A program made the translations under genes and the position numbers. From positions 120,207-184,206 of the forward strand of contig CAYWIT010000001.1 of assembly GCA_964458415.1 (NCBI GenBank): DNA of 64,000 nucleotides. The letters run 5' to 3'. Numbering within the stretch: position 1 is the first letter of the stretch; each line of letters opens with the position of its first letter. Positions 28,913 to 38,125 of this stretch are shown here, one piece after another. This stretch comes from an uncultured Rhodospirillaceae bacterium (GTDB lineage Bacteria; Pseudomonadota; Alphaproteobacteria; Micavibrionales; UBA2020). The notes under the pieces are model-generated. The model saw only the letters and a program-made list of their open reading frames with translations, searched no databases and was not told the DNA's origin.

Positions 28913-29293
28913 TCAGAACTCGCCTAGAACGCTGATAAGTTTTTGTTTCAGGGTGTCGGCATTGAAAGGCTTGACGATATAGTTATTGACGCCGGCCTGC
29001 CTTGCCGCCAGAACGTTCTCGGTTTTGCTTTCTGCCGTGACCATAATAAAGGGAACGTTATTGCCTTTGCCGCGAACGTCCTTGAGCAGATCCAGCCCCG
29101 TCATCGGCTCCATATTCCAGTCGGAAATAATGAGGCCATAGCTCTTGGCGGCTATTTTTTCCAAGGCGGCAGAGCCATCGGTGGCTTCGTCAATATTGTT
29201 GAAGCCAAGCTGTTTCAGCAGATTTTTGATAATTCGGATCATGGTCTGGTAATCGTCCACAACCAGAATATTGAGATTTTTATCGACTGTCAT
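28913..29293 (-). CDS. cheY: Chemotaxis response regulator CheY
   Basis: 126-aa single receiver domain (LVVDD, SDWNMEPMTG, KPF). Confidence 0.9.
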   Translation of the reverse strand: MTVDKNLNILVVDDYQTMIRIIKNLLKQLGFNNIDEATDGSAALEKIAAKSYGLIISDWNMEPMTGLDLLKDVRGKGNNVPFIMVTAESKTENVLAARQAGVNNYIVKPFNADTLKQKLISVLGEF

Positions 29294-29372
29294 TCACGGG
29301 GCTCCTGCTTTGCGATCCGGGATCTGAATTTGAATTTGAACTCAAACCGTTCCCCCATTTTGCCCGCTAACA

Positions 29373-29388
29373 GTTAAGCAACAGTAAA
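29373..29388 (-). promoter_or_regulatory. Possible CtrA box upstream of cheY
   Basis: Minus strand reads TTTA-N7-TTAAC (one mismatch), 80-95 nt upstream of the cheY ATG. Confidence 0.3.
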
Positions 29389-29449
29389 TCTGTAGTGATA
29401 AAGCGATATTTTTGCCAGATAGCCGTCCTCTGCTCTTGTTTATGGTGTC

Positions 29450-30268
29450 TCAGGGCGGGGGCAGCAGGGCGGGGGCAGCCGTTTTTTCTGCATGGGAAGT
29501 CGTTTCCGGCAGCGGGGGCAGCTGTTTTTGTTCAGCCAGACGAATTGTGACCAGTCTTGCTTTTTCAGGGTTCATGCTGGCAAGAATAGGCGAGCTTTTG
29601 CGCTCGTTCATGCGACTGATGACGGAAAGCAGAACCTCCATGTCCAGCGTATCGAAAATTGTGGCAGCTTCCTTGGGTTTCATGCCCTCATAAATTTTGA
29701 CGAGGCTGCTGATCCGTTCGCTTTGCTCCTGTTGCTGTTTGCCAAGCAGGGATTCCAGCTCGTTACGCAGTTTATTCAGTTCGGCGATTTTATGATCGAC
29801 TTCCTGTCCGGCGGCGTCCAGCAAAGCTTCGCGTTCCGCAAGCGCTTTTTCGCGTTTGTCCAGCGTATCGCGGCGTTGCGAGAGGGACTGCAGAACGTCA
29901 ATTTCGGAGGCGCTGAAGGCGCGGGTCTGGCTATAGTTCGGGGGCAGGGCGGGGGCAATTTCCGGCGCCTGTCCGGCGGGGGGCGCGCCGTCAACCGTCA
30001 GGGCTGTTTCCCGGACGGCCTTTTCAATTTCATCTTTTTCAATGGAGGGGGGAGCCAGCGGCGGCGGTTCTTCCTTGACGGCGCTGACCTGATCTTTGGC
30101 AGCGGCGGGCATAATAGCGCCGATTTCGCTTGCGGCGTGGCTGCTGCCGAAAGTAACGATATTGACAACGCGCAGGGCAAAGGCCATTCCGGCGATAATC
30201 AGCAGCACACTGAAAATATTAAGCTGTCTGAAAAGCGACTTGAACGTCATGACGGATCCTTTTTTCAT
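29450..30268 (-). CDS. MotE-like flagellar protein (MgtE_N/FlbB-type C-terminal domain)
   Basis: 272 aa. N-terminal TM/signal, coiled coil, C-terminus YEGMKPKEAATIFDTLDMEVLLSVISRMNERKSSPILASMNPEKA. Confidence 0.6.
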   Translation of the reverse strand: MKKGSVMTFKSLFRQLNIFSVLLIIAGMAFALRVVNIVTFGSSHAASEIGAIMPAAAKDQVSAVKEEPPPLAPPSIEKDEIEKAVRETALTVDGAPPAGQAPEIAPALPPNYSQTRAFSASEIDVLQSLSQRRDTLDKREKALAEREALLDAAGQEVDHKIAELNKLRNELESLLGKQQQEQSERISSLVKIYEGMKPKEAATIFDTLDMEVLLSVISRMNERKSSPILASMNPEKARLVTIRLAEQKQLPPLPETTSHAEKTAAPALLPPP

Positions 30269-30726
30269 GATGTCTGCTTGGCTTTGATGGCGTCGAGCAG
30301 ATCTTTCTCTGCCCGGCTGCGCGGCTGGAGGGCGGTTTTTTCAGCGGCGGCGGGGCTGTCAGCCATCTCGGCGGGAGCCGCCGTGGACGTGGTGGATTTG
30401 CGGCTTTTTTCCGCCAGTGATTCCAGCCGCCCGGCCAGACTGTCACCGGCCTGAACGATAATTTCAAGCTCTTCGGCAAGCGCCCGCGCCCGGTTGATTT
30501 TTTCCTGCAATCTGTCGCCGCTTTCAATCGAGGTTGTTTTGAGCGACTGGATCGCGGCTTCGGCGCGGGACGATGCGACATTCAGTGCGGCGATCAGGGT
30601 TTCAAAAGCCTTGCGGTCCACCTGCATTTGCTGAAACTGGCGGGACAGGCGCAGGGCGTGGAAGATTGTCGCGCCAAGTGCGGTCAATATAACGAGGTCA
30701 AGGGCCAGCGTGATCCATGCACTCAT
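30265..30726 (-). CDS. Single-pass membrane coiled-coil protein, uncharacterised
   Basis: 153 aa. N-terminal TM helix (WITLALDLVILTALGATIFHAL). 1-nt overlap with the fliM stop and 4-nt overlap with the next gene. Confidence 0.55.
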   Translation of the reverse strand: MSAWITLALDLVILTALGATIFHALRLSRQFQQMQVDRKAFETLIAALNVASSRAEAAIQSLKTTSIESGDRLQEKINRARALAEELEIIVQAGDSLAGRLESLAEKSRKSTTSTAAPAEMADSPAAAEKTALQPRSRAEKDLLDAIKAKQTS

Positions 30727-31805
30727 CAGATATCCTCCGGCTCTTGCGGCTCGATATAATCTTCAATGCTGACGGCGATCTGCCCCTGCTTCTGGCCCAT
30801 TTTGCCGATAAACATGGGATGGTCGCCGACGCGCATTTCAATCAGGTCTTCGGCACGGGTTTCCAGCGGAATGACGGAACCGGGTTTCAGGTTGATCAGA
30901 TCGTTCAAAGAAATTGTCGTCTCGCCGAGGATGGCGAAGAGGTTGATGTCCGTCTGGTAGAGCTCGCGAGTCAGGTGCGTCTCCCAGATGGTGTCGCGGC
31001 CAAATTTTTCCCCCATGAACATTTGCAGCAGAAGTTCACGGATCGGCTCCAGCGTCGCATAGGGGATCAGAATTTCGATCCGGCCCGAACGGTCGCCCAT
31101 GTCAATGCGCAGCCGTACCAACACGCCGGCATTGTTGCTTTGGGTGATGGTGGCAAAGCGCGGGTTGGTCTCGATCCGTTCCAGCCGGAAACTGACGGGC
31201 GAGAGGGGGTCGAAAGCCGCCGAGAGGTCGTTGAGCACCACATGGGCCATGCGTTCGATCAATTTGGTTTCAATCGTGGTATAGGGGCGTCCTTCGACCC
31301 GCAGCGCGGACGTGCCGCGCCGCCCGCCAAGCAGGACGTCAACGATGGCGTAGATGAGGGCGCTGTCAACGACCATCAGGCCGTGGTCATCCCACTCCTC
31401 GGCTTTGAAGATGGTCAGCATCGCGGGGAGGGGAATGGAGTTCAGGTAGTCTCCGAACCGCACCGACGAGATGTGGTCGAGGCTGATCTCGACGTTGTCG
31501 GAGGTCAGATTGCGGAGCGAGGTGGACATCAGCCGGACCAGGCGGTCAAAGACGATATCCAGCATCGGCAGGCGTTCATAGTTGACCAGCGCCGAGTTGA
31601 TCAGTTCCATGATCCCGGTCTTGTCCCCTCCGGCAGAATCGTCGTCAAAGCCGAGCAGGCTGTCGATTTCGTTCTGGTCAAGTATGCGCCCGTCATCGGC
31701 GACAGGGGCCGCGGCTGCGCTGTCGCCCTCGCCAGACATGGATTCCCATTCCGCCATCATGCGGGCTTCTTCGTCACTCATTGGTTTGTTTACGTCGTCG
31801 CTCAT
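30726..31805 (-). CDS. fliM: Switch protein FliM
   Basis: 359 aa. N-terminal CheY-P binding motif LDQNEIDSLLGF. FliM middle and C-terminal SpoA domains. Confidence 0.93.
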   Translation of the reverse strand: MSDDVNKPMSDEEARMMAEWESMSGEGDSAAAAPVADDGRILDQNEIDSLLGFDDDSAGGDKTGIMELINSALVNYERLPMLDIVFDRLVRLMSTSLRNLTSDNVEISLDHISSVRFGDYLNSIPLPAMLTIFKAEEWDDHGLMVVDSALIYAIVDVLLGGRRGTSALRVEGRPYTTIETKLIERMAHVVLNDLSAAFDPLSPVSFRLERIETNPRFATITQSNNAGVLVRLRIDMGDRSGRIEILIPYATLEPIRELLLQMFMGEKFGRDTIWETHLTRELYQTDINLFAILGETTISLNDLINLKPGSVIPLETRAEDLIEMRVGDHPMFIGKMGQKQGQIAVSIEDYIEPQEPEDI

Positions 31806-32443
31806 TGTACCAGAATCTCCTGAAACAGGACGTCGCGCACTTTTATATTCGGCGCGGCGGCCCGGACGCGGCTTAACATTTCTATTTTCATGCGGTACAT
31901 ACCGGAAGACCCGCGCAGATCGTCGATACGCAGTTCGCGCAGATAAGTCTGGAACTGGTCAACCACACGGGGCAACAGCTCTGTGAAGACAGCTTCATCC
32001 TGCTTTTTTTCCAGTTCGATTTTCAGCGTCACCTTGAGGAATCTCGGCTGCTTGGCGGAGCTGCTGAGGTTAACGATCATCGGCGGAATATCGATGAAGG
32101 CCCCAGGTCCGGCAGCCTCGGCCTGCAGGGCGGCTGCTTCTGCACATTCGGGAGGAACTTCTGCGCCTTCTTCCAGCGCGGCGCAGTCTACAGCGTGGCC
32201 GGGCAGGAAAGAATCGAGATAGCCCATGAAGTAAGCACCAGCCCCGCCACCGCCCAGCAGCAAGAGGGGCAGGACGACGAAGAGGACGATTTTTTTTGCG
32301 CTGAACCGTGGCTTTTCCACAGATTCTCCGGTAGCGTCGCCACCCTCGGCAGCGACGTCCTCGGCACCAGCGGTTTCCTTTACGTCTTTTTCAATCTTTA
32401 CGTCTTTTTTGGCTTTTTTGTCGTCAGCCATCTTTGTCCCCAT
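31802..32443 (-). CDS. fliL: Flagellar basal-body protein FliL
   Basis: 213 aa. Single TM, FliL C-terminal domain (FIDIPPMIVNLSS...FLKVTLKIEL). ATGA overlap with fliM. Confidence 0.8.
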   Translation of the reverse strand: MGTKMADDKKAKKDVKIEKDVKETAGAEDVAAEGGDATGESVEKPRFSAKKIVLFVVLPLLLLGGGGAGAYFMGYLDSFLPGHAVDCAALEEGAEVPPECAEAAALQAEAAGPGAFIDIPPMIVNLSSSAKQPRFLKVTLKIELEKKQDEAVFTELLPRVVDQFQTYLRELRIDDLRGSSGMYRMKIEMLSRVRAAAPNIKVRDVLFQEILVQ

Positions 32444-32489
32444 TTATGGCAAGTCACTGAAGTGAAGCGCAAAACTCTGTTCAATCCCC

Positions 32490-32505
32490 TGCACATATCG
32501 TGCCA
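32490..32505 (-). promoter_or_regulatory. Sigma54 promoter of the fliL-fliM operon
   Basis: Minus strand reads TGGCACgatatGTGCA. Confidence 0.6.
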
Positions 32506-32689
32506 CGCTTTGGGGCGTGGCGTCAAACATCACGTAGAATTTGCCGATATTCATAAAACGGCCAGAGGGCAAGGCGCTGCGGAAAAAAATGCCCGCCAAT
32601 TATGCCCTGTTTCAAAAGATGGGGGCTTTGCACAAAAAGAAAAGACCCTGTGCGTCCCTAATATGATGATTTTTATAAGAAATTGTATT

Positions 32690-32705
32690 TGGCACGGTTT
32701 CTGCA
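32690..32705 (+). promoter_or_regulatory. Sigma54 promoter of flgFGAH
   Basis: TGGCACggtttCTGCA on the plus strand, 84 nt before the flgF ATG. Confidence 0.6.
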
Positions 32706-32788
32706 TTGTTACTTTTCGGGTTAAACGCATCAGACATCAGGTCAAAAGACCGGGCGGTGCGCAAAGAATAAAAATATGGTGGTGAGAC

Positions 32789-33508
32789 ATGGAAAACATA
32801 TCTTATATCGGCTTGTCACAACAGATGGCTTTGCAACGGCAGATGAATGTGACTGCCAACAACCTGGCCAATATGAACACGCCGGGATTCAAGGGGGAAG
32901 ACGTCCTGTTCCTCGATTATCTCAACAAGCCGCAGGGCGGCGAGGGAATTAATCAGGTGCTGGACTATAACAGCTACCGCAAGCTGGAAACAGGCCCTTT
33001 TACCCAGACCTATAATAAGCTCGACTTTGCCATTCAGGGTGAAGGTTATTTTGCCGTGCAGACGGAGGAAGGCATCCGCTATACCCGGGACGGGTCTTTT
33101 GCGCTGAATGACAAGCGCGAGATCGTAAACAAATCCGGCCATGCCCTTTTAAATGAAAGCAGCAATCCGCTGGTTATGCCGCCGGATGCCACGCAGATCA
33201 CGCTGGGCGCTGACGGATCGTTGTCAAGTGAAAACGGTACGATTGGCAAGGTGCAGATCGTTGATTTCGAAAGCCCGCAGCTGATGCGCAAGGTCGGTGA
33301 TAATCTTTATGATGCCGGCGAGCTGCAAAAGAAAAACATTGAAAACCTGCGGGTCGTGCAGGGCGCTATCGAAGGGTCCAATGTGAACCCGATTACTGAA
33401 ATGAACAAAATGGTTGAAGTCCTCCGGATGTATCAGGCCACGCAGAAGATGTTGCTGGCGGATCACGAGCGTATCCGGAGCGCCATTCAGAAACTGACAA
33501 AAGTTTAA
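32789..33508 (+). CDS. flgF: Proximal rod protein FlgF
   Basis: 239 aa. Rod N-terminal motif (ANNLANMNTPGFK) and C-terminal motif. Confidence 0.9.
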   Translation: MENISYIGLSQQMALQRQMNVTANNLANMNTPGFKGEDVLFLDYLNKPQGGEGINQVLDYNSYRKLETGPFTQTYNKLDFAIQGEGYFAVQTEEGIRYTRDGSFALNDKREIVNKSGHALLNESSNPLVMPPDATQITLGADGSLSSENGTIGKVQIVDFESPQLMRKVGDNLYDAGELQKKNIENLRVVQGAIEGSNVNPITEMNKMVEVLRMYQATQKMLLADHERIRSAIQKLTKV

Positions 33509-33537
33509 GCCTTGAAGAGAAGAAAAAGGAGATCATC

Positions 33538-34326
33538 ATGTCGCTGACACTCGATATCGGAGCCACGGGAATGCTGGCGCAACAGCTTAATGTCGATGTT
33601 ATTTCCAACAACATCGCCAATATGACCACGACCGGATACAAGCGGCAGCGGGCCGAGTTTCAGGATCTGTTGTATCAGACCAAGGTCCGTCCGGGGGCGG
33701 CGTCCTCTTCGGCAGGAACGACGGTTCCGGCGGGTATCCAGATGGGGCTGGGCGTCAAGGCGGGTTCCGTTTATCGCATTAACGAGCAGGGCGCTCTGCA
33801 AATGACGGGGAACGATCTGGACATTGCCAATAAAGGCGAAGGGTATTTTCAAATTACGTTGCCGAGCGGCGAGACGGCTTATACACGGGATGGTTCATTC
33901 CAGATGGATCAGAGCGGTCAGTTGGTGACATCGGAAGGTTATCTGGTACAGCCGGGCATTACCATTCCAAGCGATGCCGTCGGAATCAGCATCAACAGTT
34001 CCGGACAGGTGCTGGTCAAAATTCAGGGCCAGACGGCGCTGACAAATGCCGGCCAGATCCAGACGGCTTTGTTCCCGAATAATGCCGGCCTCGAGGCTTT
34101 GGGCGATAACCTCTATCTGGAGACGGAGGCATCGGGCGCGCCGCTGGTCGGAAATCCCGGGGATCCGGGCTATGGCGAACTGGAGCAAGGGGCTCTGGAA
34201 ACGTCTAACGTGAATGTCGTGCAGGAGATTACTTCCCTTATTCAGGCCCAGCGCGCCTATGAAATGAATTCCAAGGTGATCCAGACCGGAGATGAAATGC
34301 TTTCTACCGTCACGCAAATGCGTTAA
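33538..34326 (+). CDS. flgG: Distal rod protein FlgG
   Basis: 262 aa. NNIANMTTTGYKRQRAEFQDLLYQ ... LIQAQRAYEMNSKVIQTGDEM. Confidence 0.95.
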   Translation: MSLTLDIGATGMLAQQLNVDVISNNIANMTTTGYKRQRAEFQDLLYQTKVRPGAASSSAGTTVPAGIQMGLGVKAGSVYRINEQGALQMTGNDLDIANKGEGYFQITLPSGETAYTRDGSFQMDQSGQLVTSEGYLVQPGITIPSDAVGISINSSGQVLVKIQGQTALTNAGQIQTALFPNNAGLEALGDNLYLETEASGAPLVGNPGDPGYGELEQGALETSNVNVVQEITSLIQAQRAYEMNSKVIQTGDEMLSTVTQMR

Positions 34327-34351
34327 CCGGTAACAGAAAAGGGGTATTGAC

Positions 34352-35347
34352 ATGAGAAAAGAAACAAAAACAGCGACGGGACTAGCCCTTGTTTTGATGC
34401 TGGCTTTTGCTGCTCCAGCTCTGGCAACGTCCCCTGTAACCGTCATGTCGGCGCAGCCAAAAGCGAAAAGCGCCGTGGCCGGCAATGTCGTGACGGTCGG
34501 TGATGTTTTTAGCGGAGTCAGGGACAAGGGGTTTGCGGATTACGTGCTGGCGCCAGCGCCGCAGAATGGAAAACTGTTGACGCTGAATGCTTTTGATCTC
34601 AAACGCATTTCGGAGGCCTTTAATCTGGGCTGGAGGCCGGACACAGGCCGCGAGCAGGTGGTCATTCGCCGCGCGACACAGGAAATCGGCCCTGTCGAGA
34701 TCGAAGCGGCGCTGCGGACGCGCGCGGCAGCGGACATGCCGGGCGCGAAATTCGATCTGCAAATCGACAGCCGTACGGCAAATCTCCAGATTCCGCAGAA
34801 TGTGGAAACGACGCTGGTCGTTGACGGGCTGCGGACGGATCTGGCGCGGGGAACCTTTAACGCTTTTCTTTCTGCCGTCAATTCCGCCGGTGATCCCGTC
34901 GTCAAGACCGAGGTGACCGGACGGATGCAGGTTCTGCTTTCGGTGCCTGTGCTGAAAACGGCTTTGCAGCAAGGCGACGTTATCACGGCAGATGATATTT
35001 CCTGGATGGATCTGCGCGCCGCCGATGTTTCCGCGAATACGGTTGTGGATGCGCAAAAGCTGGTCGGGCAAACGCCGCGGCGCGGCATTGCCGCCCTCAA
35101 GCCTCTCTCAGTCGGGGATATCCAGTCCCCTGTGATTGTCAAAAAGGGCGATCTGGTCACGCTGACGCTGCAAAACGGGTTTATTCACCTCACGCTGCAG
35201 GGCAAGGCGCTGGAAAGCGGCGCTGCGGGCGAGATGGTCCGCGTGATCAACACGGCATCAAACCAGACGGTCGAGGGTGTGATCACGGGGGCGCAGGCTG
35301 TGACTGTTTCTCCGCCGCCCGCGCCGATACTGGCCAGTGCATTCTAA
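34352..35347 (+). CDS. flgA: P-ring chaperone FlgA
   Basis: 331 aa. Signal peptide. SAF/ChapFlgA-type C-terminus (VKKGDLVTLTLQNG...GEMVRVINTASNQTVEGV). Confidence 0.8.
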   Translation: MRKETKTATGLALVLMLAFAAPALATSPVTVMSAQPKAKSAVAGNVVTVGDVFSGVRDKGFADYVLAPAPQNGKLLTLNAFDLKRISEAFNLGWRPDTGREQVVIRRATQEIGPVEIEAALRTRAAADMPGAKFDLQIDSRTANLQIPQNVETTLVVDGLRTDLARGTFNAFLSAVNSAGDPVVKTEVTGRMQVLLSVPVLKTALQQGDVITADDISWMDLRAADVSANTVVDAQKLVGQTPRRGIAALKPLSVGDIQSPVIVKKGDLVTLTLQNGFIHLTLQGKALESGAAGEMVRVINTASNQTVEGVITGAQAVTVSPPPAPILASAF

Positions 35348-35385
35348 AAACTTGTAAAAACGAAAAAGGGTTGGGAGTATAAAAC

Positions 35386-36150
35386 ATGAAAAAAGCATCT
35401 GATAAACTGACAAGAGTAACGCTATCCTGCGCAGCGCTGTTGTTGCTAACCGCCTGTGGCGGGATGCAGGACCGTCTTGCCAATATCGGCAAGCCACCAG
35501 CCATGACGGAAATCCAGAACCCCTATAGCGCGCCCGGCTACAAGCCCGTGCAGTTGCCGATGCCGCCGCAGGAAGCGATGAACACGAACGCGAATTCTCT
35601 CTGGCAATCGTCGCGGCAGACCTTTTTCAAGGATCAGCGCGCAAACAAGGTGGGCGATATCTTGACCGTTATGATCGATATTGCCGATACAGCTGATTTC
35701 AAGAATAAAACAACACGCAGTCGTGTCGGCGGAGAAACCGCCGGATTGCCGAACTTTCTGGGCGTGGCAGAAAGCCAGCTCAGCAAGGTTCTGCCGGAGG
35801 CCGTTGATCCTGCGAAGCTTGTCGGCATGAGCAGCGATTCTTCGTCCACCGGCGATGGCAAGATCGAGCGCGAGGAGGAGATCAAGATGAGTCTGGCTGC
35901 GATGATCATGCAGGTTCTTCCCAACGGCAACTTTGTTATCCGGGGCAATCAGGAAGTCCGCGTCAACAACGAATTGCGCGAGTTGACCCTGCAAGGGGTC
36001 GTCCGGCCCGAAGATATCCTGAACAATAACTCCATCTCGCACGAGAAAATTGCCGAAGCCCGCATCTCCTACGGTGGCCGCGGCCAGATTACCGATCTTC
36101 AGCAGCCACGCTACGGGCAGCAGTTCTACGATATTGTCTCGCCCTTCTGA
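35386..36150 (+). CDS. flgH: L-ring lipoprotein FlgH
   Basis: 254 aa. Lipobox LLLTAC. FlgH core (FKDQRANKVGDILTVMIDI). Confidence 0.93.
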   Translation: MKKASDKLTRVTLSCAALLLLTACGGMQDRLANIGKPPAMTEIQNPYSAPGYKPVQLPMPPQEAMNTNANSLWQSSRQTFFKDQRANKVGDILTVMIDIADTADFKNKTTRSRVGGETAGLPNFLGVAESQLSKVLPEAVDPAKLVGMSSDSSSTGDGKIEREEEIKMSLAAMIMQVLPNGNFVIRGNQEVRVNNELRELTLQGVVRPEDILNNNSISHEKIAEARISYGGRGQITDLQQPRYGQQFYDIVSPF

Positions 36151-36206
36151 TACCGGCGATACATCCCTTCTTTAACCCACCCACCCCAACTCAAGGATTT
36201 CCTTGG

Positions 36207-36236
36207 AGGCCAGCCCCGCGCTGGCCTTTTTTCTTT
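36207..36236 (+). terminator. Rho-independent terminator after flgH
   Basis: Stem AGGCCAGC/GCTGGCCT with a 5-nt loop, followed by TTTTTTCTTT. Confidence 0.7.
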
Positions 36237-36359
36237 GCTTGAGGGGCTGTGTTATTTCATAATGCTGTTAAAATCGGGTGGAATCGGGGTTTCGAACCCC
36301 ATTAAACCTATATAATATAGTGGGCATATATTTTTTTTATACACAGAAGGATTCTTCCG

Positions 36360-38096
36360 ATGGGCGAGGCTGCACCGGTGAGCGATACCGCAAAAACAGA
36401 TATTCCGCTTTGCGAGAACGGCGTGTGGATCTGGGAAAAATATTATCCCGAAGGGCTTTCGTGGCGGGATCCGGTTTTGCAAAAGCCGCTTTGTCATATT
36501 CTCGATCATGCGGCGGAGAAATATGGCGCGGAGAAGGCCGCCGATTTTCTGGGTAAAGCCTGGACTTATGCGGAACTGGCGGGGCTGACCAATCGCATTG
36601 CGGCGGGACTGCAGAGGATGGGCGTGAAAAAAGGCGTCAAGGTCGGATTGTTTTTGCCGAACACGCCTTATTCCATTTTGTTCTACTACGGGATTCTCAA
36701 GGCGGGCGGAACGGTGGTGAATTACAACCCGCTCTATGTGGAGCGGGAGCTGACCGCGCAGGTCGAAGACAGCGAGACGGATATCATGGTCACTGTCGGT
36801 CTGAGGGTTCTCTGCGACAAGATGGCGCATGTGCTGCACGAAACGCGGCTGCAAAAGGTGATTGTCTGCCCGTTCGCGGCGGCGCTGCCGTTTCCCAAGA
36901 GCCTCCTCTTTTCCCTTCTCAAGACGAAGGATATCGCAAAGCTTCCGGCGGATGCACGCTATGTCGGCTATGACAGCGTGCTTGATAATGACGGACAGCC
37001 GGAGCCTGTGACAATCGATCCGGCAGAGGATATCGCGGTGCTGCAATATACGGGCGGCACGACGGGGGTCCCCAAGGGTGCCATGCTGACGCATGCCAAT
37101 ATCTATGCCAATGTCATGCAGGCAACGCATTGGATCCGTGGGTCGGAGCCCTATAAGGACTGCATCGTTGGCGTGCTGCCGCTGTTTCATGTCTTCGCCA
37201 TGACGGTCGTGCTCAACTGGTCGGTCTGGAACGGGGTGAAAATCCTGTTGCAGCCGAAATTCGACCTGAACGCCCTGATGCAACTGATTAAAAAGCACAA
37301 GCCGTCGTTTTTTCCCGCGGTTCCCGCGATTTTCAATGCGATCGCGACGCATCCGGATGTCGGCGCGTATGACTTCTCCTGCCTGAAATTCTGCCTTTCC
37401 GGCGGGGCGCCGTTGCCGGCCGATGTCAAGCGCCTGTTCGAGGAAAAAACCGGATCGAAAGCCATCGCCGAGGGTTACGGGCTGACGGAAAGTTCCCCCG
37501 TGGCGACGGTCAATCCCGTGGGCGGCAGGATCAAGACGGGATCGGTGGGGCAGCCGTTGCCGGGGACAATCGTCGAGATTGTCAGCCGCGAGGATGGAAT
37601 GACGGTATTGCCCGTTGGCGAAAAAGGCGAGGTCTGCATTACCGGACCGCAGGTCATGAAGGGGTATTACAACAAACCGGAAGCAACGGCGGAAGTCCTG
37701 CGCAATGGACGGCTGCATACGGGCGATGTCGGTTATATTGACAGTGAGGGCTATCTTTATCTGGTGGACCGTATCAAGGATCTGATCCTTGTGCGCGGCT
37801 ATAATGTTTATCCGCGGATTGTCGAAGAAGCGATTTACCTGCATCCCTCGGTGGAGGAGTGCATCGTCGCGGGTGTGCCGGACGAGGATCGTGGTGAAAC
37901 GGTCTGGGCCTGGGTCAAGCCGGTTGCCGGACGCAAGCTGACAGAAGCGGATTTGCAGGCCTTTTTGAAGGATAAGCTGAACCCGATCGAATATCCGCGT
38001 AAAATCATCATCCGCGACCAGCCGCTGCCGAAGACGGCCGTGGGCAAGCTGAGCCGTAAAGACCTGCTCGCGCAGGAAGGAATCGTTCGTAAGTAA
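36360..38096 (+). CDS. Long-chain-fatty-acid--CoA ligase (FadD-like) copy 1
   Basis: 578 aa. AMP-binding motifs LQYTGGTTGVPKGAMLTH, GYGLTE, TGD..Y.D..GY..IVDR.KD. Confidence 0.9.
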   Translation: MGEAAPVSDTAKTDIPLCENGVWIWEKYYPEGLSWRDPVLQKPLCHILDHAAEKYGAEKAADFLGKAWTYAELAGLTNRIAAGLQRMGVKKGVKVGLFLPNTPYSILFYYGILKAGGTVVNYNPLYVERELTAQVEDSETDIMVTVGLRVLCDKMAHVLHETRLQKVIVCPFAAALPFPKSLLFSLLKTKDIAKLPADARYVGYDSVLDNDGQPEPVTIDPAEDIAVLQYTGGTTGVPKGAMLTHANIYANVMQATHWIRGSEPYKDCIVGVLPLFHVFAMTVVLNWSVWNGVKILLQPKFDLNALMQLIKKHKPSFFPAVPAIFNAIATHPDVGAYDFSCLKFCLSGGAPLPADVKRLFEEKTGSKAIAEGYGLTESSPVATVNPVGGRIKTGSVGQPLPGTIVEIVSREDGMTVLPVGEKGEVCITGPQVMKGYYNKPEATAEVLRNGRLHTGDVGYIDSEGYLYLVDRIKDLILVRGYNVYPRIVEEAIYLHPSVEECIVAGVPDEDRGETVWAWVKPVAGRKLTEADLQAFLKDKLNPIEYPRKIIIRDQPLPKTAVGKLSRKDLLAQEGIVRK

Positions 38097-38125
38097 AAAT
38101 GAGGAAGACAGAAGGAGATTTAAAA

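Noticed and set aside
36286-36300. GGGGtttcgaaCCCC hairpin resembling a tRNA T-arm, between the flagellar cluster and the fadD genes
   Set aside because: No acceptor, anticodon or D-arm context and no CCA-proximal sequence. No integrase or direct repeat is nearby. It is too short to call a tRNA remnant or att site.
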